Assembly (NCBI GenBank): GCA_008632985.1
Contig: QPGO01000084.1
Span: 124,001-188,000, forward strand
Direction: 5' to 3'
Source: Psammoneis japonica
Taxonomy: Eukaryota
Length of the DNA: 64,000 bases
Part shown: piece after piece, positions 12,486 through 25,534 of the stretch
Numbering within the stretch: position 1 is the stretch's first letter
Layout: each line of letters starts with the position of its first letter
Notes under the pieces: generated by a model
Database searches by the model: none
The model's input: only the letters and a program-made list of their open reading frames with translations
Told to the model about the DNA's origin: nothing
Translations under genes and position numbers: made by a program

Positions 12486-12676
12486 CTAGCAAAACTAAAA
12501 TATATAAATGCATTAAGGAATCTTTTGTTCAGGTGCAATGTTTGCTATGATACAGAAAAATAAAACAATTGAGAAGTAGCACGGGCGTATGCGCGTGAGT
12601 TATTAGTAGTAGCGGTTTAAATTTTGTAAGAATTGCCATTATTGCTGTCTTCCGAAGAAACACTGGCGTGAAAGTT

Positions 12677-14566
12677 TCATGGTGGTGGTGGTTGATGGTC
12701 GCGAGAAGTAGTCTTGCTCTCGTGCATAGACGATGGTGTTGTGGAAGATGTCTGAGGTGAAGATGAAGAGGCTGGTGTCATTTCACTTGCTTCTTGCGTG
12801 TCTGATGTCATTGATTGCAGTGGAATTACAGACGGTGCTTGAGGTGCTGTCGGTGACGATTCACTTACTGCAGCTGTGGGTGGAATAATCATGCGTTGGC
12901 TCATCAAGGACTGCGCTGCGGCAACACTCTGTGCAGTGGGGCCGCGAATAGTTACGATCCGATTCTTGGTGCCAGGAACAAACTCGTTTCGCTGACTGAT
13001 GCGAATTCTTGTATTGGAGAGAACTTGCAAGTCATTCAGTGTTCGCCCTCCTCTCCCTAGAATAGAGCCGATCAGACTGTCTGGGATGGCCACTTGTGCC
13101 GTGTAGCTTTGCTGATGTCGAGGAGTAGTCGGCGTGGTTGCTGGCGATGGACCACTCACAACCCTTGACGCAGGAGCATTGGAATCCATCATGCCTGTTG
13201 GCAACAAGGGCGGTGGCTGTAGGTCGGATATTCTTGCAGAGTCTTGAAGATGAAGAGCAAGCAAATCAGGAGCAGAATTGCTTGCAGATATAGGCGCTGA
13301 AGAATAATGACCGCCACCTTCACTACTGACTGACCACGACGGGGTAGTACCTCGTTGAAAAGTCGGTGTCACAAGATAGGAGGGTGGTTGAACATGTCTG
13401 GTCGGTGACGGATTCTGAATGGAGCTGTCCATTGACTGAGATAGATAAGAGCCGGAAGCTGAAGACGACGCCGGTATACCAAATACCGGGCTATAAGCCG
13501 AAAGCTCTGCTCTCTGTTGTGGTGAAGGAGCACCTGCAGAGGACGGAGCCGACGAAAACATTGATGGTGACGATGGAAAGCCAGTACCCACAGGGGCGGG
13601 AGTAATTTGAGGATCCCACAGTCCCATGGAGCCCACGTCCATGCCTGAACGCATTGAGGACATCGACATTGGTTCTGACATTTGTGAACGTCTTGCGGGG
13701 GTGGTAGCGCTTGGTGCTGCCGCACTAGCTTGGGCTGCGGCCAAAGCTGCTGCTTGCGCCGCCCCCAAAGCCCCGTGTGCTGCTGATAACACGCGAGAGT
13801 AGCTGGTGGTCATGTTAGCGTAGCGACAGATATCGGGATGTGCCGTCATCCCGTCTAGAATCATAGACATACACTTCACGCAGCAATTCAACTCGGGTCC
13901 TGTTATCGTCACCACTCGCTCGGCCGTCGCGGAAACCATAGCCGCAGCGGCAGCCGCAGTTGCGCCTCTGAGACTGTAATCGCTGTTTCCACCCTGTTTC
14001 GGTGCAAGGCGAATCGAAGACACGCCTGACGCGTCGACCATTCGTTTGATATTTGATCCACTCTTCCCGATTAGCATTCCGCAACACGGGCTGGGGACAA
14101 GCAGTTTCACAATAAAAGCAAAAGCGGGAGCAGTACTTTTTCCAACTGCTGCAACTGCGCTAAGTGAGGAAGAAATTCCCTCTTCAGTAGCTTCGCGTTG
14201 ATGCTTGCCTTGCCATGTAGGATTGTGGTGGCTATGTTGCTGTTTCTGAAGGGCATGTAGTCTTGAAATGATAAGCTTTGTAGCTGTCTTTACATTCTCA
14301 GAGTCACCCTGTATCAGACACACTCTATCTTGAGTACCTGGATAGTAGTCACCAGTCTGGCTTAGTTTGATCCGTGTGCCAGACTGTGCCTGGAGTTCAG
14401 ATATGGTTTGCCCCGATCGACCAATGATAGATCCAGCGACGTTGTTGGAAACTAGCATTTTGACAGCGAATGCAAAGGATCCACTGTTTGACCGTTCATA
14501 TTTATGGTGCATGCCAGTCGCCTCGTCAGACGTGGCTGGTGGGGGGTGCCCATAGTCTGAGGACAT
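12677..14566 (-). CDS. Three-KH-domain RNA-binding protein (NOVA/BTR1-like)
   Basis: 629-aa ORF with three GxxG KH motifs: IIGRSGQTI, LIGKSGSNI and ILGRGGRTL. Confidence 0.9.
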   Translation of the reverse strand: MSSDYGHPPPATSDEATGMHHKYERSNSGSFAFAVKMLVSNNVAGSIIGRSGQTISELQAQSGTRIKLSQTGDYYPGTQDRVCLIQGDSENVKTATKLIISRLHALQKQQHSHHNPTWQGKHQREATEEGISSSLSAVAAVGKSTAPAFAFIVKLLVPSPCCGMLIGKSGSNIKRMVDASGVSSIRLAPKQGGNSDYSLRGATAAAAAAMVSATAERVVTITGPELNCCVKCMSMILDGMTAHPDICRYANMTTSYSRVLSAAHGALGAAQAAALAAAQASAAAPSATTPARRSQMSEPMSMSSMRSGMDVGSMGLWDPQITPAPVGTGFPSSPSMFSSAPSSAGAPSPQQRAELSAYSPVFGIPASSSASGSYLSQSMDSSIQNPSPTRHVQPPSYLVTPTFQRGTTPSWSVSSEGGGHYSSAPISASNSAPDLLALHLQDSARISDLQPPPLLPTGMMDSNAPASRVVSGPSPATTPTTPRHQQSYTAQVAIPDSLIGSILGRGGRTLNDLQVLSNTRIRISQRNEFVPGTKNRIVTIRGPTAQSVAAAQSLMSQRMIIPPTAAVSESSPTAPQAPSVIPLQSMTSDTQEASEMTPASSSSPQTSSTTPSSMHESKTTSRDHQPPPP

Positions 14567-15486
14567 CCATTCCTCAGTGGGTGGGAGGCTTCCCGGGATT
14601 TTCGGTCCAGATACTTGGTGGTGATGACCCCTACCAGGAGAACCACTTCCGCCAGCTGACCCGGTCCCTGAACTCGGTGTTGTGGATGACGTTGTGTCTG
14701 TTCCCGAATAATGATGAGGCTCTGGGGAACAGTTTTCTTCGTTGTATTCTTGTCTTTCCCGTCTATCATCTTGCGTTAAGTTCTCTGGACTTGCACCTAT
14801 CGCATGGTCATTCTGCTTCGGCTACAACGGCAAACGACGCAATACGTTTGTTAGTTTTCCTTGCTTCCCCAGAAAAACTGAGAAGTCTTTCGGCAACAAC
14901 TCACTGTATCTTTATCCATTCTGGTCCCAAGGCCAATGCCGACTAAAAGTACGTACAAAATCCGCAGCTCTCCTCCTCAACAACAAAGACCGATGTTCAC
15001 ACGTTCATCAGAAGTAAGAAAAAGGATAATATAGCTATGAGAACGACCAAGCAAGGCATAAAAGGCCAACAAAGGCGGTTACAACATGTTTAGCTGTTGC
15101 TGTGCGCGAGTTTCTCATTTGATGTCGCTTTTTGGATTGCTTTTGTACCACCACGCAGTACAAAAGGTGCGTAGATTTGTACGTCAAAAGACAGCGTACG
15201 TACGCCTTCTTTTCAAATTCCCATGACGTACGATACCGAACACGTATGTTGCTTTGATGGAATTTGGAACCTCAAGTTCAAAGATTTTCATATCGCTGCT
15301 TTCCAAAAAATTTGACCGTTATTTTGCCGGGAAAAGTCGAATATGTCGCCACTCCACTCGCTCGCCACCCGACACACACCACACACCACAACTTTCTCGT
15401 TGACATTCATCGACAAGAGACGCAATCAAAACAAGCTTGCCTTGACATCGATTGAGTTTATCGCACACCACACGTTAGAGAAAACC

Positions 15487-16657
15487 ATGCAACGATCGTA
15501 TGCTCGTGGTTCGAGCACAGGAAGCGTCGGCTGCAGCGAGAACCTGCCCCCTCGAACTCTGCAGCGCGTCGCGAGAGAAATGCGTGACTTGCAAAAGTCT
15601 CCACCAGAGGGTGTCCGTTTGGTCGTTGATTCTGATACCGGAGTCCCAGTCTCTCTTGGAGAAGTCCTTGTAAGTTCAAAAAGCCATTTTATTGTCCTTA
15701 GCTGCCGTCGTCGTCGCGGTATCATCGTCGTTCGATTTTCTTGTTGATTTTCCAAGCGGCTCGCCAATCGTGTCTGTTATATATGACGTCATCTACGTGT
15801 CGCTGTGTTAAATGTTTTTGTTTGAATATGTATTATAATGATGGAATATAGAATATTTCACTGTTTTCCGTTACTCTTTAACACCATTTTTCGTTGGGAT
15901 TGTGGGGTTCGCAAAAATAAAGTATGTGATGATTACCGTCACATTTTCGCGATCGCTGCGGGGAAGAAAATTCGACTCCCTCAAAGATAGTCGTATGGAT
16001 TCGATACCTGCCTTGTTCTCTGCAGTGAGATTTTTTATTCTTTTCTACCAGAACTTGATCTCACCCCTTCTTTTTCCTTGCGATCACTGATAGGCCGAAA
16101 TTGAAGGTCCAACTGGTACTCCGTATGAGTCAAAGTATTTTCAGCTCAAGTTGGTTCTATCCAGTGACTTTCCTGCGTCCCCACCGCGTGGGCATTTTTT
16201 GACGAAAATTTACCATCCTAATGTTGACATGACGACGGGAGCTATTTGTGTCAACACGTTGAAAAAAGATTGGACGCCGGAAACGACATTTTCCCATGTA
16301 CTTAGTGTCATTCGCTGCCTCTTGATTGTGCCTTTTCCCGAAAGTTCGTTGAACGACGAAGCCGGCAAACTCTTTATGGAAAGTTACAATGAATACGCCA
16401 AACGCGCACGTCTCATGGCCGATGTTCATGGCAAGTCGCAGTCTTGTTGCCGCAGCGAGGAAATGGCGGAAGACGATGCGGAGAACTCTGTTGAAAACTC
16501 GACCTCGTCGGGTGGCACATCCGAGTCTCGTCCGTTGCAGCGAAGCAGGAGTGCCAACACGAAAAAATCGAGCTCTACGGCTTCTTCGGGCAAGAGCGAA
16601 AAGAAGGCCAAGACGGGAGACAAGAAGAGCAAGAAAAAGAGCTTGAAGCGATTGTAG
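15487..16657 (+). CDS. UBE2S: Ubiquitin-conjugating enzyme E2 S; exons 15487-15669 and 16094-16657
   Basis: [14 protein letters not shown]...; GTAAG donor at 15670 and TAG acceptor ending 16093, in frame to [12 protein letters not shown]. Active site HPNV...[10 protein letters not shown] and basic C-terminus KKSLKRL typical of UBE2S. Confidence 0.92.
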
Positions 16658-17055
16658 ATGGGAAATGAAAGATTACAAATTCATAATTGTGAGGTTCAAT
16701 GGGCCTTGTACGCCCAAAGCAGTCTCACTCTTCACTTTTGCCGCTTGATGCAAAAAGGATTTTCAGAAATAAAAACATATAATAGGATCTAAAGTAGTAG
16801 TAGTAGTAGTTACATGTTACATACCGTATTACTTTCATGATGCCAATTCATTGAATCGGATTCTGATGAAATAAAAATGTAGGCATACAATACAAGACAC
16901 AAGCCTGTAGCCCGGCGAGCTCGCTCGAATTTGTACAGAAGCTTCTTCCCGTAGGGAGATGTTGCTTGCTAGGTGGACTCTCTACCTACCGTACAGAGTT
17001 ACCGGTATGTGTGACAACCATCTAGCTAGGAGTATCTTCTAGCGTGCTGATGGGT

Positions 17056-18300
17056 CTAATGAGTAGGGGATAGCATTTCGCATACCGGTAGGTTTATTCT
17101 ACATACAATTCTATCCATGTAAAATTGAAACAGTAAAAGAGATGATTTTGCCCTGTTTTCTTTCGTACATAATGTTTTGAGATTCAACCCCTTACATTCA
17201 CTATTACACTCCCCCATTCTCATTACGACCAACTTGAATTTTCCGATTTGCTCGCAACAGCACGTGTGAACGACGTCTTGGCAATCAGAACAAATTTTCT
17301 TCTTACAAGCCAAGCATGCGTAGACTTTGGAAGAACTCATGAATTCGCACGTCAACGTCTCGCACTCGGTGCACTTGAAGCTGCACGCAGCACAAAGGTG
17401 AGCATTGAACTTCTCGCACTTGCCAGATTCTTGACAGGAGCGACAATATAGCTCTCACCGCACCAGTCATAATCAAAACTCTCTTTGCACTTGCTGCAGA
17501 AAGAGTGTTTACACACTGCGCAATCGTAATGCGACTCGCAGAAGCGGCAATAGAATTCGTTGCTTGCATGACCGAAATGATATTGATCCCCCCAAACAGT
17601 CGGAACAACCAAGCCCAAACTCACATTTCGCACAAATTGGGAAATGGCGATATTTTCGACAAAAACAATAATCGCAGCCTTCGCAATAGAGGACATCAGG
17701 GCAGCCACCTTCCCCACAAAAGTACTTGCCACAATCCTCGCAATACGCGCCACCGGACTCCGATGGACCGACATCATTTTCACGTTCCTCTGGTTCTTTT
17801 TTGGAACGACTATCCTCGCAATACTTCGTTTTGCAATTATCACACGACACAAAGTCCTCCATAGGAGAAAACTCGTCGCAGTCAGGACAACGTTCCCGAC
17901 CATGCTCGGCCTCTACGCAGTCTTCGCAATCGAGGTTGAGCAGTCTGTCGCCCCCTCTGTCTTCACGGCACAATGCTCTACACCCTCGTCGGTCTCTTCG
18001 TTAGCTATATCTTTCGTATCCTCGTTTGACTCTTCAATATCATCATCTGCGTCGACCTCTTTCTCCGCCTCTAGAGCTTCCTCTTCGAAGTGCAAGTCGG
18101 GATCCAACTTGCCAAGTTTTGTTCCATGAATCACGCAGTAATACTCTGAGCCGTGCATATCATCTCGCAATTCTTTGACCTGAAGGACGGTCAGAATATC
18201 AGTCCTGTTCAAAAAGGAAAGAATCCGTTGACCCAAAGATCGATGATGCAAGCTGAGGAGCAAGAAGTGGGCAATTATGGAGGCCGGAGTCGGTCCCTAA
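17056..18300 (-). pseudogene. Cys-rich (multi-CxxC) protein with F-box-like N-terminal segment, split by frameshifts
   Basis: Coding-like segments (RILSFLNRTDIL; CPDCDEF..SCDNCKTKYC; CEDCGKYFC; CAVCKHSFCSKC; CLACKKKICSDC) run through several frames without clear intron signals. Confidence 0.5.
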
Positions 18301-18732
18301 TCAACGACCCTGTTACAAACGGCGATGGGCCGGGCAACGCTGCAGAACCCACCTCATCAATCAACCAAAACGCAAGGTGTGATCACCTGATCTCCAAATC
18401 TGAAATCTCAAAATTCCAAAATAACGTCGCGTTCGTTTGTCGGTTTTCGGATGACGTCATTTTTCATGCCGTCGGAGGACAGACGATTCTCGAGATGAGC
18501 GTCCGTCCGTCGCGCCACGGAGCGTGAAGGAAATCTCATCACTCATCACGCAAAAAACTCACCCATCACCTTCAACCTACCGCAACAGCAACCAGCACCA
18601 GGCACCAAGCATTAAGTTTCTTTTGAATGATAGCAACCATTAGGGCGAGTGAAAGACTGCTCCCATCTCTAGAGTCTTTCTCTTCTCAAGTTTCATTTTA
18701 ACACATGCCTTGCAAGAATCTGAATTTGCAAG

Positions 18733-20304
18733 ATGAGTAAGGAGCAACAAAAGGCCGCAGCACCTCCACAGCTCATGTTTGATGACGGTTCACGCATCAT
18801 GACGGAGGCTGCCGACACTGAACAATCCAAGGCGCAAATCGTTTCACCAAGGGGCTCCGTTCCGATTGAAACGTATTACGAAATAGAACGACTGAGCAAA
18901 GAAGAGTTGGAGGCTACAAAGGACCGAACAAAGAATGGTGATGAATATGATGGTTTCTTGTGTCGAGTCGCGTTGCAGTTACCGGATGAATTGTTGGAGG
19001 ACGGTCCTGAGGTGTGCTGGGCCATGGAAAACGCATTGTCGTCAGAAGAGGACGTGCCGCCTCCGCTTGTGTTTTGTTTAGGCGACACAACGTTTGGCTC
19101 TTGTTGCCCCGATGAGACTTCAGCTCTCCATTTGCAAGCCGATGTATTGGTCCATTACGGACATGCGTGTCTTAGTCCGGCCTTGTCGCTTCCGGTGCTT
19201 TATGGCTTTGGTGTTACCGACTTGGATGTAAATGTATGTGCAGAATGTATAATAGAGAAAGCGGAGGAACAGAATGTCAACAAATTTCAAGAAGCGTCAG
19301 ACAGCTGTCAGAGCGATTGCGCACAAAACAATCAGAACTGGAAACCTTTGGAGCAACAGAACGAGTCGGCACAAGCTGAGGGAGACAAAGTTGATCCATC
19401 AGAATACACCGCAGATCGCGAGACTTTTACTGTCGGGGGCTTGCACATCCCACGAGACGTGGATCTTTCGAGCGTTACTTTGCTATTTATCGGTGACGCA
19501 TCTCCGGGAGAATCTTCCTCCAGCAGCAGTCGTCAATATGTCAACACATTGTTACGATTCATATCGTCACCTCCATCACCAGCCAGCTACTGGACTTACT
19601 CTCCGGCAACCAAGCAACTTGAGACTGATTTACCACAAACATTGAATCGCCAGTTAAACCGTCGATTTTATCTCGTTCAGAAAGCCCGCGATGAATCTGT
19701 CTTTGGAATTTTGGTTGGCACTCTCTCGCAAAGACACTTTCAGACTGTGGTGTCATCGCTACGAAATTTGATTGAAGCTGCAGAACGAGCCTGTTATACC
19801 TTTGCTGTAGGCAATATCAATGGAGCAAAGCTTGCAAATTTTGGCGAGATTGATTGTTTTGTGCTTGTCGCTTGTGGTGAAAACAGTTTGCTAGACGATG
19901 AACGAGACTTTCACGTTCCTGTGATTACTCCTTTGGAACTCGATATGGCTCTTGGAAATGTTGAGTGGGGCTCAACGGCGTACAGCCTGGATTATAATGA
20001 CTTTTTGGCAAAGGATAATCGGGTTGCAGACGCTACTGACACTTTGGAAGGAGACGAAGATGCTCCGTACTTCTCGTTGGTGACGGGGCAGTACGAGCCA
20101 TCAAAGAAAACAATTGATGCTTCCGACAATGTAGACCTTGCAGCACTCCCTGGAAAGGGTCAGCTCACAGAGTACAAGAGTGCGGCTTCCGAATTTTTAA
20201 GGAAACGCGAGTACAAGGGCCTAGAAGCCAACGTTGGAGGTACACAAGTTCAGGCTGCCACACAGGGACAAACAGGCATCGCGTCTGATTACGGTCAGCG
20301 CTAA
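18733..20304 (+). CDS. DPH2: Diphthamide biosynthesis protein 2
   Basis: 523-aa ORF with RVALQLPDELL, LGDTTFGSCCPDE, VLVHYGHACLS, GILVGTL, KLANFGEIDCFVLVAC, PVITPLE and C-terminal GQTGIASDY. Confidence 0.92.
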   Translation: MSKEQQKAAAPPQLMFDDGSRIMTEAADTEQSKAQIVSPRGSVPIETYYEIERLSKEELEATKDRTKNGDEYDGFLCRVALQLPDELLEDGPEVCWAMENALSSEEDVPPPLVFCLGDTTFGSCCPDETSALHLQADVLVHYGHACLSPALSLPVLYGFGVTDLDVNVCAECIIEKAEEQNVNKFQEASDSCQSDCAQNNQNWKPLEQQNESAQAEGDKVDPSEYTADRETFTVGGLHIPRDVDLSSVTLLFIGDASPGESSSSSSRQYVNTLLRFISSPPSPASYWTYSPATKQLETDLPQTLNRQLNRRFYLVQKARDESVFGILVGTLSQRHFQTVVSSLRNLIEAAERACYTFAVGNINGAKLANFGEIDCFVLVACGENSLLDDERDFHVPVITPLELDMALGNVEWGSTAYSLDYNDFLAKDNRVADATDTLEGDEDAPYFSLVTGQYEPSKKTIDASDNVDLAALPGKGQLTEYKSAASEFLRKREYKGLEANVGGTQVQAATQGQTGIASDYGQR

Positions 20305-20807
20305 CTATTACAAAATGTACATTTCAAATAGCAATCGACACTCTTGAGAGTAAAGACAGGATTCCTAGCCAGAAATAAAATAGCCTGTGGAGGTAAGACT
20401 CTCCCCTGAACCATGGTAAGCGATGAAATAAATCTGAGTGCGACGGTGCGATTCCAGACAATTTTTGACGATCATGCCGATTGCCGACGACGTGCGACAA
20501 CCTCCAACCTCGCATAGATGATTCTGCTTTTGGTTCGCATGTTGTAAATCACGTGAATGAGGATCACATGGAGTCGACTATTGCCATGGAGGCGCATGCC
20601 ATTCCCGGCATGGATGTGTCGGCAGCAATCATTGCGTCTGCCGACAGTTTAGGCTTGTATGTCAACGTGACAAGGATGCCACGAGCGAGCGACCAATTCC
20701 AGCTCCCCTCGCAAAATGTTCGAAAGGACGCAAAGACAATCATTGTAGAAATGATGCAAGCAGCGTTGGAAACTGCTCCTGCCGCATAAATGTGATTATA
20801 ACGCGAC

Positions 20808-23800
20808 TTACTCTGATTGCTTTTTGTTCTCTACCTGACTAACTAACCACTCAACCGTCATTTGACCTTTGGGGAGAAGCGACTTGAACCTGAGCTCATC
20901 CTGCAGCTTAGAGCATGCCCTGAACATCTTCAAGCCTACAACGACCTCTTCTTTGTCCTTCCATCGAGGATCCGTCTCGATAAAGTTCATGACCTGCTTG
21001 ACACTGTCAAAGAAATCCTCACGTTTTCTAAATCCTTCGCCGCGAGCAACGCCGGGTGGAAAGTAACAAAAGTCCGTCGGTCGATTGCCTCGATCCAACG
21101 TCCAACCAACACTTTCTAGAGCTTTCCAAACAATTCCATGAAACAATACAACTTTCGGCATAGGCTTTCCAGGGCTTGAATTGGGTGTCTGCGACTTCTT
21201 CTTAATGCTTGCCTTCGAGGATTTACGCCGCCTCACAATTTGAGGCAATTCTAGATGGTGATAAGGCTTCGTCGACGTCTCCACAACCTCCTTTGCGTCT
21301 TTGATGTCTACATTATTTGTAGCCTTTCCAGGGCTCGAGTTGGGCGTCCGTGACTTCTCCTCATTGCTTGCTTTCGAGGATTTACCCCGCCTCACAATTT
21401 GTGGCGATTCTGAACAGTCAAAAGGCAGCATCGACGTCTCCACAACCACCTTGGCGTCTTTGGTGTCTACTTTCGTAGCCTCTCCAGTGCTCGAGTCGGG
21501 CTTCTGTGACGCCTTCTTGCTGGTTGCTTGCGGGGGTTTACTCCGCCTCACAATTTGCGGCAATTCTGGATAGCCAAAAGGCTTCATCGACGTCTCCACA
21601 ACCACCTTGGCGTCTTTGGTGTCTACTTTCGTAGCCTCTCCAGTGCTCGGGTTGGGCTTCTGCGACGCCTTCTTGCTGGTTGCTTGTGGGGGTTTACTCC
21701 ACCTCACAATTTGCGGCAATTCTGGATAGTCAAAAGGATTCATCGACGTCTCCAAAACCCCCTTGGCACCTTTGGTCTCTTCTTTTGTAGCCTCTCCAGT
21801 GCTCGGGTTGGGCTTCTGTGGCGCCTTCTTGTTGGTTGCTTGCGGGGGTTTACTCCGCCTCACAATTTGCGGCAATTCTGGATGGCCAAAAGGCTTCATC
21901 GACATCTCCTCAACCACCTTGGCGTCTTTGGTGTCTACTTTCGTAGCCTCTCCAGTGCTCGAGTCGGGCTTCTGTGACGCCTTCTTGCTGGTTGCTTTCG
22001 TGGATTTACCCCGCCTCACAATTTGCGGCAATTCTGGATATCCAAAAGGCTTCATCGACGTCTCCACAACCTCCTTGGCACCTTTGGTGTCTACTTTCGT
22101 AGCCTCTCCAGTGCTCGAGTTGGGCTTCTGTGACGCCTTCTTGCTGGTTGCTTGCGAGGGTTTACTCCGCCTCACAACTATTTGCGGCAATTCTGGATAG
22201 TCAAAAGGCTTCATCTGCGTCTCAACAACCTGCTCGGCGTCATTGATGTCTACAGTCGTAGCCCGGCATAGCTTCTCTAGAGAATACACTGATTCCAACC
22301 CTAATTCGCGTTCAAAAACCTTGGATGCGAATTTGTGTGCGACGAACACCACTTGCCAAAGAACATACCATTCTTCGTCGGGAGAGGCAAGACCATTCAC
22401 AACATCTTTCAGCTTTCGAGGGATTGGTCGAGGAGTCAAGTGAACACGGCTTGGATTCGGTTCTCCAGAAGCAGCCGTGGTGTTGTTCTTCTGCGCAACC
22501 ATGAAGACACCATCAGTAGACACATGAACGTTTTGTGAGGTTGATTCGGCATCAACACCCCGGTCGATCGGCCTCCCCAAGGAATCGTACGCTTGAGCCA
22601 ACGCGGCTAACACGCCCATGGGAAACTGAGGAAAATTCACACAAGATAATGCAGCCGGCCCCATCACTGCCTCACATTGTCGCACATACGCCGCATTGAC
22701 GTATCGATCACGCTGAACGCCGGACTCAAACTGTAGCTGGCTGAGAAGTTCTGGACTTTTCGAACGGCAGGCACGCCGCACACAATCGGCAGCTGTACCA
22801 GCAATACTCAAAAGGGGTCCCAGGAGTCTTTCCTTTGTAAGCCGCCTCTCTTGCGACGAGGTACTGGGGATGTATACTTGCTCACAGAGACTCTTTGTGA
22901 GTTTCACCGCAATCGGGCACCACCTCGATTCGTCAAATGCATCCAACAAGCCTTTCTTCGATAATTCAAAGAGGCATTCTTCAGACATCTCAAAGGTTAG
23001 GCCCGCGTATACTGCGTCTTCGTCGCAGTTCAGTTTCTTCAAAACAACGTCAACATGATCCCACTCCATTTCTTTCAGTCGTCTCTTCATGTCATCGAAA
23101 ATACCTTGATATGGAAAAGATTCGGAAGCACCTGCACCTGGCTTCCTTGACAGTTTTTCAAGTCTCCACGCACGTTCTCCCAATTCCATGCTTATCCAAT
23201 GCAGACGGCGCCGGGCACACCACTGTAACACAGACGGCTGCTTGACCGTTTCAACCGCGACAATAGAGCGAGGGCTCGGGATTCTAGTCTGCAAGTGTTG
23301 AACAAAGTCGTTCGTAACACTCGCAACCGGCTGCAGTATCTTTTCTAAAAACTCCACCAACTCATACAATTGCATAACGGTCAACCTTTCAAAATAATGC
23401 TGAAGATCGTGCCGCTCGAGAATATTTCGTTTCAAGCGAGTCGCTTCGTGGTCGTCGCCGCGAAGACCTTCGTTTAAATTCCTCTTTCCATACCCCTTGC
23501 GTTCCCGAGATGCTTCGTATGAATCATAATAGTCCACAAAGAGTTCGACCGTTTGGTTCTTTTGCAAGGACGTTGCTATATCCAAGTAGTAATGAACCGT
23601 TCTTCCGTCCTTCTCGAGCGCTTGAACATTTTGCTGGAGCTCTTTGTTATAGCCCACCTCGTTGACGTACATCAACATATCACCAAACGTTTGAGCATAC
23701 GCATGTGGCTCGCCCGTTGCATCGCTTGTAACGTCGATAATCTGTTCTTCTCCATGCAGCTTTTCACCTACGCCGAAGTTCCAATCAGACGGCTCGTGGC

Positions 23801-25381
23801 TGAAAACAAAAGCTTTGATATCAAACTGTGTCTTGGTTTTTCGATCACTTTTCAACCATGGCCCATATCGTCCCAAGTCAATCATACCGCATTTATCAGA
23901 GGAGTAAGGTCTATTGGAAGGAACGTAATCGTCTTCCACATGTAGTTTCAGAAATCCAAAAGGGTTGATCAAGTCAAGATGAGTCATGTACTCTTCTTCG
24001 TCGTCGCTGTCATAGTGAAGCTTTTCACCAGTCAGTTTCACTCTAACTTGCGTGTAGTCCTTATCACGTGATGGCATCGTAGCGGCAAGGGGAAACGTGG
24101 TGACTGGCCAGTACAGCAAATTCTTGTTTCCGTGAAGGTTTTTACCAGTCAGCTCGACGGATATCCCATATCCATCAGCGGAGACTGCCTCGAGGGGCTG
24201 CATAGTGTCGGGAATACAGGCATGCCGATCTTTCATTTTCTCATTGGAACGCTCTCTGCACTCCTTTTTGAGGACTCGGCAGCCCAAGTAGGTCAAGAAG
24301 GCACCGCGACCAATTCCAGGAATCGTTGATGTGTTGACATTCAGCCTGAAATCAAAAATGTTTTCTGACAAGTGCGAGAGGAGTACAAAAGGCATGCATA
24401 CGTGAGAATCTGCTCTCTTCCTTACACGGTTAGGCTGACAAAGAACGAAGACTTTAACGCACCTTCTTGATCCAACACGCTAAAGTGACGAATCGGGTAT
24501 CCCGTCTGTGGATCAAACATTTTCTTTGACAGGTGCGGAATGCTGTCCATCAAACGTCCTCCATCCAAATCATCCGTATCATAATCCATGGGAGCAGTCT
24601 CGGTGGCACTTTCCTGAGACCCCCTTTTTCGTTTCTTTGAGGTGGCGCCTGAAAACGAATCATCGGTTTCAGTGGCGTTGCTCGTCGTTCCAGACGCCGA
24701 ATCATGATCACCATCCTGCCGAATCGGCTTCTGTTTTCCTTCCGAAAGCCTCTGTTTGTTCAACAGGTCGTTGGACGCTGGCATTCGTCGCTGACAAAAC
24801 TGTAGAAAGCGCGCCGTGGTTATAGGGTTTTCCTTCCAACCGAGCAGATTCATGACGCAGGTTCGTAAGCGTGGTTCTAAGGCGAGGAGCACACCGTTGG
24901 GCAAGTTCCAATTCAGCAATTCTGCCACAGTCTTGATTTTGTGTTTATCCATAGCCTTTTGAAACTGTTCATTCCAAAAAGGCAAATGATTCAACTGGAG
25001 ACTTGCAATGATTTCGTCTTGGCGTTCCTTAGATAAGCCTTGCTCCACTTCCTCCTGTGTCACACGTCGGACACCACCGGCAAAGGTTTTGTTGAAAAGG
25101 CTTGATGCTGTTGCAACTGTGGCCGAGCCAGAGATACTCTCAGAGCCACTCCCTGAGTCCATGGCACTACCATCAGTCCTGTCACGGTTCTTGCGTTTGC
25201 GACCTCTTGCACCACTGCTGCAGATGGCTACTGCCGTGTCGTTGTCGCCACCGAAAAACTTTCGTTTCGCACTGCTGCGCAATGCCTTGCGTGGAGCCGG
25301 AGTGCTACTACTTTCTGCATAGCCACTTCCTTCGGAGCTGCTGGAATCCTCATTCTCCCACTTGCCGTCGTCTTGCGACAT
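20808..25381 (-). CDS. Large protein with divergent SET-like domain and 52-aa tandem repeats (probably two exons; intron near 24365-24440, boundaries uncertain)
   Basis: ORFs 24422..25381 and 20808..24395 are adjacent on the same strand. SET-like motifs STIPGIGRGAFL, MYVNEVG and VELFVDY...YE. I could not find a phase-matched donor, so two separate genes remain possible. Confidence 0.65.
21160..22260. repeat. Coding 156-bp tandem repeat, ~7 copies
   Basis: agcctctccagtgctc anchor at ~21477, 21633, 21789, 21945 and 22101; unit MKPFGYPELPQIVRR...EATKVDTKDAK. Confidence 0.92.
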
Positions 25382-25534
25382 TGTTGCGTCTCCTATAAAA
25401 GCTCAAGTCTCCTAATGCACCAAGCCTTCTGTCCTATTGAAAGGTCTATTGGCTGTTATTGCTCATACACCATGTCCGCATCTATCTGCGCTATTGATCT
25501 CGGCACGGACGTACCGTACCGTACCAGCGTAACT

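Noticed and set aside
14470..14946. Antisense and overlapping ORFs over real genes (also 7603..8136, 21528..22200)
   Set aside because: Shadow frames of, or overlapping, well-supported CDS.
15780..15795. TGACGTCA motifs at several intergenic and intronic sites
   Set aside because: Short common palindrome; no regulatory role can be supported from sequence alone.
21160..22260. CRISPR-like array (also 3405-3715 and 45440-45600)
   Set aside because: Contiguous tandem units without unique spacers, two of the three arrays in frame within ORFs; eukaryotic context with no cas genes.
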